A DNA stretch of 64,000 nt from the human T2T-CHM13v2.0 reference genome, Homo sapiens: NCBI RefSeq assembly GCF_009914755.1, contig NC_060929.1, one strand, 5' to 3'. A model generated the notes under the pieces. The model saw nothing but the letters and a program-made list of their open reading frames with translations. It ran no database searches and was not told where the DNA came from. Shown here in pieces: positions 27,106 to 39,705 of this stretch. A program made the translations under genes and the position numbers. Position 1 is the stretch's first letter. The number at the start of each line of letters is the position of its first letter.

Positions 27106-27239
27106 TTCTTGTTTTCTTTTTTTGTAGTTTTAAGGAGCAGGGAGTCTAATAGGCAATAAAGAAGGGGGAAGAAAGATAGAAGAAGCTCCTCTGTACAGAG
27201 ACAGAGGGAGGGCACTCCAAAGCCAAGAGACAGAACCCC
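27106..27239 (-). mobile_element. Short poly(A)-tailed retrocopy of an ERV LTR R-region (LTR21A/MER48-like)
   Basis: Perfect 17-bp TSD CAGAGCTTCCATTTTCT at 27089-27105 and 27240-27256; A-rich tail; body resembles an LTR R region. Confidence 0.75.
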
Positions 27240-27361
27240 CAGAGCTTCCATTTTCTATAACTGCATACTGAATACTGATCTCAGTTACTTGATAAAATTG
27301 TGTGACTTTTGTGATAAGCACAATTCTTACTTGATACACAACTGCTTAAGCAAACTTCTTC

Positions 27362-27973
<612 letters not shown>

Positions 27974-28097
27974 CATAAGCATACATTTTATTTTTGTGTC
28001 TTATATACATTAATTCATTTAATTTATTTAATTAAATTGATTTTCTTTTTAAGATTTTTATTATTGTATATAAAACACTTATTTTCATATTCATCTC

Positions 28098-28603
28098 TGA
28101 ACGTTATCAGGGTGTGCCACCCCAAAATATGCTACATTGGTATAAGAATTACTTTTGAGCCAAAGGCATTTGAGTTTCTGAAATAAATATCTCATCTATC
28201 TAAATGCAGAGCATCCCAAAAGGAACTCAAAAGAATGAAATTGTCAGAAATCCCCTTAGTGGGAGCATCTCTAATCTTTTCTTCCCGGAGAGGAGAAGTC
28301 AGCACTACACCCAAACAGGACATTTTCACAAGACCATCATGATATCTCCCATCTAGTCACCTGTGGCTCCTTTGGCTTTCCAAAATGTCATTGCTTTTCT
28401 CTAAGTGCTCTTTCTCTCTTCCCTTTTAAGTAAGTTAGGTGTATAGACTTCAAATTCTAACTAACTTTTTGACACATATGAGAGGTGAACTTGTCAATAC
28501 AATTCTGTTTTCGATTATTAATTTGTCATTTGTCAGTACAATTTGTAGGGCTCCAGGCAGAGACCCAAGAAGGGCAGAGGAAAAAAGGTTTTCTTCCTCT
28601 ACC
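28098..28603 (+). mobile_element. MER34-like solo LTR
   Basis: GTGTGCCACCCCAAAATATGCTACATTGG...; TCTC flanks both ends. Confidence 0.75.
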
Positions 28604-28845
28604 TCTCCCATGGAAAAATCTAGGAAACATATTTCCCTGCCCATTTAAAAAGCTTGATTCCATTTGCCATAGATTCCATAACTGAATGATATTCTTTCAA
28701 TCGCCCTTTTATGTGTAACACAAAATAAAGCTCTTTGGTTTGCAAACGAGCACCTGTGTTACGGACTTAGTAAAAAAGAAAAAAAAGGCACAGACAGGTT
28801 AATTTTCTACACGCTTCATGAGAGATGATAAAAATAATCTTCTGG

Positions 28846-29334
<489 letters not shown>

Positions 29335-29339
29335 CTAAA

Positions 29340-29690
29340 CGTCTGGGCCCGGTGGCTCATGCCTATAATCCAAGCATTTTGGGAGGCCAACGCAGACAGA
29401 TCATTTGAGCCCAGGAGTTGGGACCAGCCTGGCCAACATGGTGAAACCCTGTCTCTACAAAAAGAAAAAAGCAATAAACAAAACAAAACAAAACATAAAA
29501 AATTAACCAGGCATGCACCTCTAGTCCCAGCTATGGGGAGGCTAAGGTAGGAGACTCGCTTGAACCCGGAAGGTTGAGGCTGCAGTAAGCTGTGATCACA
29601 CCACTGCACTCCAGCCCGGGCAACAAAGCAACACTGTATCTCAAAACAAACAAACAAACAAACCCAAACACACACAAAAAGAAAAAAAAA
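29340..29690 (+). mobile_element. Alu (J-type) with expanded (AAAAC)n linker and tail
   Basis: Dimeric Alu; middle A-rich region lengthened. Confidence 0.9.
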
Positions 29691-29709
29691 TAGCTAAAAA
29701 GAGTGCACT

Positions 29710-30431
29710 TCTCATATTTCCACAGCTACATTCTACTCCAAGCCACTGTAATCTCTCATAAGATTGTGAGAGCCCCCCTAACTAATCTTCAATAAATCTT
29801 GGCCCCATTTCCCACAGCAGCCAGTGAAAAGCATAATCCCCTCTCCTCCCGTCTCCTCTGCTACCACCACTCTCAGGACCCAAACCTTCCACTTGCCTCC
29901 TGTAACACTTCGAAACACTAAGTCTTTATCATGGCCTTCAAGGGCTTCCATCTATCTCTGCCTGTTTCTGTTGCCCTGTCCCTTCTGACTGCAGGCTCAC
30001 TCTGCCCCATCATGCTGGCCTCCTTGCTGGCCCTACATACGTGAGTCTTCTACTGTCTCAGGCTTTGCACTTGCTCTTCTCTCTGCCTAGAAAGCTCTTT
30101 TTCCAGCAATTTGTACAACTCTGACCCTCACTTCCTTCATGTCTCTGCTCAAGTAGCTCCACATCAGTGTAATTTTTCCTAAACATCTTCTTTAAAACAG
30201 TACCTTTCCCTGTATTATCCCCATTCTATCTACCTTGTTTTGCTTTATTTTCCTCCATAGCACTAATACCATTTAATATATATTTATAATTTATTTATTT
30301 ACTTATGTTCTATTTTTCCCCGTTAGGATATAAGACAAAAATATTTCTGTTTTATTAACCGTACTGTCTCCCCCACCTAGAACATGGACTGGTATAGTAA
30401 GTAAGAAACAGTATGTGTTGAATGAATGAAT
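29710..30431 (+). mobile_element. L2 3' fragment
   Basis: GGCTTTGCACTTGCTCTTCTCTCTGCCTAGAAAGCTC...TGTTGAATGAATGAA terminus. Confidence 0.75.
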
Positions 30432-32548
30432 AATTAATCCTAAATACAATAATCAAGGGTGTTTATTCATTCATTTGTTGAATCAAAGAGAATCAAACAA
30501 ATCTTGTTTCTGTCTCCAACAAATGCTGGAACCTCCAGGATTACTTGGTCCTTTATAGGATATGTGTCATTTTACAACGGTGTAAAGTTAAAAGTAATTT
30601 GTAGAAAACTGGTAGTAATGCAAATGATGTTTTTCTTCAACATGCAAATCAATTCTGTCTTGTGAAGATTCAACTTGTCTTCCCCATTGTCGAAGAAACC
30701 AGTTTTTTACACATTTGTGAATTTATTTCACTATTCTTCATCTATATATGTGTCTGTTCTGTGGATTTTCCTTTGAACTAGCAATCGCTTATCAGTTCTC
30801 TCAATGAGCTAAATACAATCTTTGACATGTGTTTATTTTATATTTGTATGAGAGTCATGATTTTATCTTTTTGGAAATTTGTTTTTTAACAAATTTGGAA
30901 ATATACCTTATGCTTGAACGTGACCTATTTTGTCAAAGTGTATCTTTGGTGAAGTCATTTTAGAGCTAGGTGCTTGATGTTTTTGAGTTGGTTTGCTCAT
31001 CTGTGATGACTAAGTGAACTAATATATTGGAAGTATAAAGGCATGTTGGTAAAGGAGACATAGAAGAAATAGATTGGAAGGCCAGGTTGAGTAAAAATGT
31101 GGGAGGATACTGGATGTTAAATTCTAAAAGCTGGGAGGAGATGTTGCCTTTGAAGAGGGTATGTATTTGTTGATTAGAAATCAGTTACTTCTTTGAGATC
31201 CTTTCAGGTTTCACAGACAGAGGCCAGTTAGTAGGTCTGATGCTGAATCAGGACTCTCAGAGCATGAAAATCTTTAGATTTAGGGCACTTTTTATGATTG
31301 CAATAGTTGATTCAAACATTGGAATTAGTTAAAGAAAGATAAAATCATATCCAAAGAAAATGAAATATAAAAGTAAAAAAAGTGGACAAGAAAAAATATT
31401 TAGAAGGGCAAACAGTTTTTGAAGATCCAGAGAGTGATGAGAAGCAGATACATAATGTTTTATGCTGTATGCATTAAAGCTAATGGGAGGGGGTGTGGGT
31501 ATGCCTATTCATAAGAATAATGTGGTAATAGTCCAATGAAACTTCTGCTTTCTCTGATACCACAGATCTGAGATTTGAGATCTGATACCACAAATGCCTT
31601 AATGTGGCTGGCATTCATGAGAAGGTATGCAACTATTGATGAAATATGAAGAACTCAGAATGTCAAGAGAGAAGAGGGTAAGTTCAAAATCTGAGTCATC
31701 AACCAAATTTCTTGACACTGACTGCCGCAGCCATTAGTGCTAAATAGATTTGAACCACTACCACCAGCCATAAAGGACAGATACAACCAGTAGTCCCTAG
31801 CAAAGAACACAACCTCAAGGACCAGTGGCCACAGCAGGGAATTATACTAACAATAGATCTATAATAGCCCTTTCCTCTCTTATTCATTGCCTCTGTAGAT
31901 ATTTTTTGTTCCTCTCTGGTGAGAAGGAACTGGCTAATGTGGGACTCTGGGGTGGGAATAGATTCTTTTCTTGTTGCTTTGAAAAAGTGCTGCTCATGCA
32001 GCTGTTATTTCTATGAAGACATCCAGTTGATAAAAGAATCAAGGGGCCAAACATAATAATTTAAGTATAATTGGCAACCAGATTCTCATAGCCTGAAAAA
32101 AGGAAAAATGTTTTGTTAATGAGAATATAGATCAAAGTCTTTTGTAGGAACATATGCTACATTTCTTTAGTATGTTTCTTGACAGAGCCCATTAGTCTGT
32201 CAATTTCTGAGTCCCAAATTGCAAATTTGAAATTGATGTAGACCCAAGCTTGGCATCAAAAATATTCTAGTTGAGTAACAAATCAGTTTTCACATTACTG
32301 TTATGTTTTATTTGCTTGATAGAGGCTATATAAGCAATAGGACTGGGATATGTGTGCATTCCGAGTGCCTGGAGTGGCGAAGATAGGGAAGAGAAAGGAT
32401 ACAGATGGAGTTCGAATGGATCTGGGCATATTAGTTATAGCATATGATTGCTGTATATCTGGAAATCCAGAAATACATATTTAGGAACAAACCCTGTATA
32501 TAATTGTTTACATCCACATCAGTTTGGTATTTGACATTTACTTACGTT

Positions 32549-32584
32549 ACACACACACACACACACACACACAAACAAACACAC
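32549..32584. repeat. (CA)n microsatellite
   Basis: Direct reading. Confidence 0.95.
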
Positions 32585-35500
32585 TGCATAGTTTATTTAT
32601 TACATAATTCATTGGACCGAATTTATTAAATCATACCAGGGCTTAGCCTTGTATGGTCTATTGATTTCTAGTTTAGTCCTAGATTATAACTTGACCTACT
32701 CTTCTGCTAGATGGTTTACAAAAACCGCGAACAAAATTTCACAATGCTAAAGACATAAAAAGCAAATAAAAATCCACCATGCTAAATGCTCTCAAGAAGG
32801 TCACCTTTCTAATCCAGCTACTGTTACCAGAGAATACCTACAACAAAGACAAGTTTGTTTATGACTGTGGTCCGCTGCTTATCTGCACAATTTATTGGTC
32901 ACATAAAATATTTTGTAATTTCGTACTACAGTGGGTTTGACAGAAATGTCCACATATCTTACGTAATACTTTGACTGGTTCTATCTATTTAAATTTAAAT
33001 CTAAGTATATTATTTGTAAAGTTTCTAGGTTGAGTGTAAACATTGCACTGTATGCATAAATGGTTAAACCTAACCTAAACATAACCATCACATTTCTAAG
33101 AAATGTATTTTTCTTCCTATATTTTCTTTGAGTAAGCAGAAAAAAATCCATCAGTACTTACATTTAGGCACATATCAAGCTCCATTGTTTACTTTAAGAA
33201 TTAGAGTATAAATGAACTTCTTTCTTTTATATAAATGCACATATTTTTACACTGAAATCTCTCAGCTAACTCGTGACACTTGACATTAATCACATACATA
33301 GATCAACAAAGACTTTGCTTTCATATAGAAAGTAATTTCAAACATATTTCTAAATTATGACTTGTTATTGCAGTCAATTTAATTATCTAGCTAATGACAA
33401 TGTATGTTCATAATCAAAGTAGTCAAAAATACCAAGTTTAGTAATTAGACCATATAATTCCTTAACAACTCAATTTATAATGGAAAAGTACAATGCTTTT
33501 AGACAATGTTCTTCAAATACTCCTCTATATTCAGAATTAGGAATTCCACAGTGTATTCTTTTGACATTTAAAGCTGGAGATGGAGTGTTTAGGTTAGAAG
33601 CGTAGCTCCCTCCTGTATTCTACCTGAAATTGCTTGTAAGTCACATTACATTCTAAATCCATTTCCCCTCAAACCATGCTGAGGGTATAACATTTACTCT
33701 CTGTCATTAATGTTCTTTTCTGTAAGACATACCAATATGAATTGTAACACAATGAAACAATTAATCTTTCTTGGGCAATTTTAATGATTCTATAATTATA
33801 GAAAACTATAGAAAATCATGTTTTCCCATTTATCAACTCAGATACTCAGTGACATTTCAATGCCAAAGACAAAAAAAAAAAAAAAAAAAAAAAAGGCGGG
33901 GTGGGGGGGGAAGGGGAGAATCTCCTGTATTTTCATTTTAAGAGTATCATACTAACGGAAATCTATAAACTAAACATAGATAGTGTCACAAATGCAAACT
34001 GACACATGGCATAACTGGTGGCTGTGCAAAAATCCAGCCGGAAAAGTACTAAAATAGGCTAATTTCATTTCTGCCAGCTGCCTGCCTTTCCATTCTTTAT
34101 CTCAGCTATTAGGTTTGAATAAATTTCATCTCCCACACTACAAGTAATGAGCAGGCAATGACTTATGAAGCACCGAGACCAAGTTAAGACAGAATTAGAA
34201 TACAATTTTAATGAGACGGAGCTGAGAAAGTGGAAGTGTTACTCCTTTGACAGACTTGGCAAAATACCCAATATTATTTCAAATGCTCTTTCCTTTTTAC
34301 AAAGAAACTGTCAAATATTAAAATAAAAATTATAAAAAATAAGACTGAGGAATTCTTTAGGGGCAGATTGTTAATGTGATTGTAAGCTAAAAATAGTTAT
34401 TAGAGAAGTCATTTAAGGAAGAGAGCAAATGTGACTTCAATGTAAACATATTAAATATAAATACTCCTCTGAAAACAAACAACATGCTTTGGTTTCTCTG
34501 GGAAAAAAAAAAAGCAATTAACATTCAGGTAACATGCATCTCTTTGAAATGAGGTCCAGAAATTGTTGGGGGAATGGAGAGTAGACAAATATTTTCTTTG
34601 TTAGCACTTAATTGGAAGTCTATAAAATAATGTTATTATATGGCTTTGAAATACACTCAAAATAAACTGGTGTAAAAACAAGATAAACTCAAGCATGATT
34701 TTTTTTTTAACATCCAACGTTCAGTACACCAGGTGGTGGGGGCAGTCCCCTGGAAGCATAAAGGGAAGTGGTCTTTGGCTAATAAGGAAGGTTTGCACCA
34801 CAATAAAAGCATTTATTTTCACACTTAAAATCATGGGGAAGGTGTTCAATGGAAAAACCCAAATGCCACAAAATAACAAGAACAACTAAAATTGTTAAGG
34901 ACTTCAAACTACCAAAAATAATGAAAGGGATTTTCCAGCCTGATGCCCCCACTCATGTTAGGTAACGACGTCCCATCCTCCTTAGATGCCCTGTGCCTTC
35001 TCAGCTAAGCTGAGCTGAGGTCTGGGCCAAATTGAGCAGCACAGCAAGGCTACTTATACTCTACACTTTAAATTAATTCCTCCAAACATCCCCCAAACAG
35101 TTACTGGAGGCTTTTTTTCTCCCCCTCCCCCCACATACCCCTTACTGTTTCTGTCTTTCGTTTAGTGATTACTTCCTGTCGGTTTTTCTAGTGCCTAAAA
35201 CATATGTGATTTGCTGCAGGCAGTCAGTATTTATAAGGAGAGCCTCACAGCAGGTGCCACTTACAAAAAAAGGCCCCTGTGAGCATGAGTGCACAAGTGT
35301 TATCCCATGACCCAAGGGTCATGCTGCTGTTCCTACACAATGTTTAGCAAAGGAAGGTTCTTTCCATCAACAACTGATAAACAGTATTCGTCTGATCGGC
35401 CAGATTTTTTATGAAATGATAAAGCGAATGAATATATCTATGCGTCTTTAAAAAGATACATGCATGCTTTCAAAATTATATGTAGCTATTCTGACTCTGC

Positions 35501-37734
35501 GGTCAACAAATGACCAGAAAAAAAAATCTAGCAATTTTTTAATGCTGATGGGTAATTTCACTCGGTGCCCCCAGTCTTCCATGCCCCAAATTCACTTCCT
35601 TGACTTTGAAGTCTGGGTCCCTTAAAGCTGTGAAATTTCCTGGATAACAAACAATGCTAAGAAAACTTTGTTTTGAGAAAATAGATTTGATAGCCATGGG
35701 ACCTGTAAATGTAGTTTGCTTTTTACATCCAATAACAGTGACCAAAAAGGGGTGTGCTACCTTTTCCCATAAATGTTTCCATTCTTTAAACAGCATGTTA
35801 GAAATTCAGTTAAAGGGATTTAATGGAGCTAATTATAGTTGGTGAACCTCTCTAGCTTTCTTCTTGTTTTTCCCCCTGAGAGTTGTTCGGCATCACCCAC
35901 TTGCAATGCAAGCTTTCCTTAGCCTGGATCTGTCCAGTGATGCTCCCTATTCCACGGGCCCCCATCAGCATATCTATTGTAACTTATTGTGAAAATCAGA
36001 CCCAAGAAATCCAAAGAAAGCCCAGGGCAATACGGGGAGTTTTAAAACTGTTCTCCCAAGTATGATCAACAAATCACATTTTGGTGTATTTAAGGTAATC
36101 CTTTTGGGAGGCCTAATTAAGTTGGTAGGAAAATTATGTGATATCTATTTTATATTATAATATTATATAAAATATAGGTTATATATTCCAAGGTTATATA
36201 TTATATAGGTTATATATTACAAGGTTTGTCATGTTTTATATATGAAACATGATACAAAATTGGAAGATGTATTTCCAATTCATGAAAGAATAATGAAAGA
36301 AGACAAAAGAATGAAGCTTTAGTTGTCCACCATGTTATACATTTACAGTATGCATAGGGGAAAGGTCACATTGTCAGTTTATATCCAACAAAGATTACTT
36401 AAGAAATTTGGATTTTCACAAATAATAGAGTCTTATGCTCCCATCTCCCTGTTACCAGCCACCACCTCCCCACCCCTCAACAACCTGATTTCTAAGTAAG
36501 AACCCTATTTAGTCCTCAATAATAGAATAAGAAATATTCTTGGTCTGTCATTTGGTCAGTGTCAGATACTAATATGGCAAAAATTAAAATGCTAAGTACT
36601 GCTTAATTTCCAAAAAATTTTATGAATCTTGCTCACAAAATTCAGAGGTGGACCTCGGATATGGCCTTGGACTTGGAAGATGGAAAACACACTTGTAATT
36701 CTCATTGCCCCTGGTTGTAGGTACTATATCCCATCTATTCCTTCTCCTTTAACTCCTTCCTCCATTTTGGTGTTTTAATTTTTCCCACATGGAACCTTGG
36801 GTATACTCCCATTGTGACAGGTACCTTTGTATACAGGCAGCTTTCTCACTAGACTGTTAGATTCTTTTCTGTGCCTAAGAATTAGGATATTGATGATTGG
36901 TTGCTGAAAGGATGGATTATAAGATAATGACTAATGCAGTTCAGTGATGGGTAGATGGTCACTCAAGAAGGCTGGCTTAGAGTCCTGGGGACCGGGGTTC
37001 ATAGAGAGTCGTCATAGAGTATGACAACCATCATAGAGTATGAAAGCTGGCAGGAGAAACTAGTTATACTTCTCTCCTTCAATTTCACTTTTGACTTTCC
37101 AGAATGGTGTAACAAATTAAGATTAGACTGAAAATTAAGATTGAACTGAATCAGACTCTTTAAATTGGAGTTCCATTTCTAATGATGTCAGTTCTCTCTT
37201 GGTGAAATAGGACAAGTTTCTTAACCTCCCAGATCCAATTTCCTCTTTTGGAAATATGGGAATTAACAGTACCTACCTCACAAGATTAAATGAAATATCA
37301 CGTGTAAAGCACTCAGTGCAAGCTCAACAAGTCATCTTTCCCTCTCTTGTACTTTCATCCAAGCAGTCCTTGTTGCATATCTGACATTTAGAAACTTGGC
37401 CTTGTCAATGTTTAAGCAATGATGGTGTTGAGAATCAATAAGCCTTGTTAGGGAGTAATGTTTTTCATAGATTCTCCAGCCATATTTTTCATGATAAGAG
37501 GTTTTTCTGAGAGGTGATTTCTGACATTCTGCACAAATCAAAATTATTCAAGGAGACAAAGGCATTGATCATCTTCTCGTTGCTTGTTTTCCTTGACCCC
37601 TCTGGCAGCTTTACCAGCATTCTCTATAAATGCCACATATAAATTAAAACTGGCTTTTGCAAGTAGATAATTCACCCCACCTAGCCCATTTGCCTAGTTC
37701 CAGGGAAATTTGCCCCTTGATAGTATTTTTTAAA

Positions 37735-37920
37735 TATTGACAAAATTTTAATTGTGTTAAAAAACATATAACATGAAATTTAACATCTTAACCATTTTAA
37801 AACATACAGTTCAGTAGTTCTGTTGTACAACAGATCTCCAGAACTTTTTTTACCTTGCGAAGCTGAAATGCTATCCCCATTGTACAACTACTTCCCATTT
37901 TTCCCTCCCCCAGCACCTCT
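37735..37920 (-). mobile_element. L1M 3' terminal fragment
   Basis: CATATAACATGAAATTTAACATCTTAACCATTTTAAAACATACAGTTCAGTAG. Confidence 0.7.
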
Positions 37921-39614
37921 GGTGATATTTTTAATTGTTGGTTTTGGTCAAATTTCAGATGTGGTGACATAAGAATACATATCTGGTCATTATTAGAGTA
38001 ACCTTACAAAATAGCTTTTTTTCATTGAAAAACATCTATGTTCACAAATGCGGTATTTAAAATGCTCATTTTCTGCTACACATAACATTAATAATAAGAG
38101 TAATTACCCAAGAAATATGGGACTTTAAAGCTCATTCTCACCCTGAAGACACCAAGAGATTATGTTTTTAACCTTGGGCTCTGATTTGGTTGTGAATGGA
38201 AGATGGTATAATGTATAAAGATGGTTTTCCATAGAAGATGGTGATTATGCTGAAGACAACTAGATTACACGCTCTTTGGCCATGCAAAGTGATTCTTGAA
38301 ATACTACCTGGATAATTGAGGTCAAAGTGATTTTTTGGCATCTAATCTACCACTTCTCTGCCTCATTTGGCATATTTAGATTCAGCCTGTACCAGTATTT
38401 GAGGGAGGCTTAATTTCTTTGAATGCGTTACAACTTAGAACATTAATTGCTAAACAAATACTATAGTAAAGCCACAAAATGTGAAAAAAATAGTTAACAG
38501 CAAAGGAAGGAGAATTTTACTTCAGATCCTTAATTCTTATTATGTATGATTGTATTCCAATTCAGTTTTCTGATTTGCCTACTAACTTTCAATGTTGATT
38601 TCAGATAATAATATAAATCCTGAAATCACATCTGTCTAGCATTGCTAGGCTTTTCTTCCTACCTGGTCACTAAATATTTTTCTTTCATTCTCATCCCCCA
38701 TGTATAAATAAAACACTTTTTAAGCATTGAGAATATTATCTTAAACAGATTCTCTGAAAATGATTTACAACAAATTCCACATTGTACATTGGGGAAGAAT
38801 ATTAATTCCATTATATGAGCATATTTCTTTTATAAAACCTCCACTCATTCATATCGGCACATTTAGTCATGATAACCATAATTAAAATGTCCTTAAATTT
38901 ATTACTATGGCAGATTTTAAAATCACAATAGAAAACAGGATTCACTGTTGCGTTTCTTAAAGTCAAATCATCTTGACAAGCTAAGGTCACTTCAGTTCAA
39001 ACCCCAAAATGTTCCTGTCCCTTAGGAGGCTGGGACATTATTAATATTTTTGTCAAGAAGGACTTGTGAAGGATGCAGTCTTTCTCAGGGATGAAATGAA
39101 AGGCGTATTCCACTGTGTGCCATGAAAGAGATTATATATCTTCCGCAGAGTTGGTTGGGGATCAACTGCCAGCTTCTTCATGGTGTGAACTCGTGATTGA
39201 AGCACCAGCTGTGATCCAGGGTTTGAAAGAGACCTTGAAAATGGCAAAGCAAGACCCTGTGTTCAGAACTGACAAAACCAAGCTGACGAGAGAAGCAAAC
39301 GCTATTCTTTTGGAATGCTCATCGCAGGGAATGTCATTGACAAAAAGAAAAGCGTGGGAGAGAGAGGGGGAAAGGAGGCTTTTGTGTGATATGAACTGAC
39401 AGACCTGAAATCAAATGATAATGCTGCAAAAATGGGGATTTTCTTGTTTATCCATTACATTGTAGATAAATAATGTCATTACAGGCAAAATACGTAGTCA
39501 GAAGAATACTTCTTTCTAAAGTTGCTTCATCAATGTAATTGGATTTTATTTGGCTTATAATATTAATTAGAAATATCTGTGTAGCATTTCTTGGCCTGAT
39601 AGGAGTAAGGAGAT

Positions 39615-39705
39615 TCCAGAGAGTTCTAAATTATACACAACTGGCACCTCATGTAGCTCCAGAGGGTCCTAAATTATACACAGACTATCACCTCATGTAA
39701 CTCCA
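39615..39705. repeat. ~43-bp tandem duplication
   Basis: TCCAGAGAGTTCTAAATTATACACAACTGGCACCTCATGTAGC / TCCAGAGGGTCCTAAATTATACACAGACTATCACCTCATGTAAC. Confidence 0.85.

Noticed and set aside
32860-33090. Odd AT-rich block with AACCTAACCTAAAC, possibly an ancient DNA element
   Set aside because: Could not define termini or family
39115-39399. 94-aa ORF in unique sequence
   Set aside because: GTG start, no recognisable domain, no convincing splice boundaries
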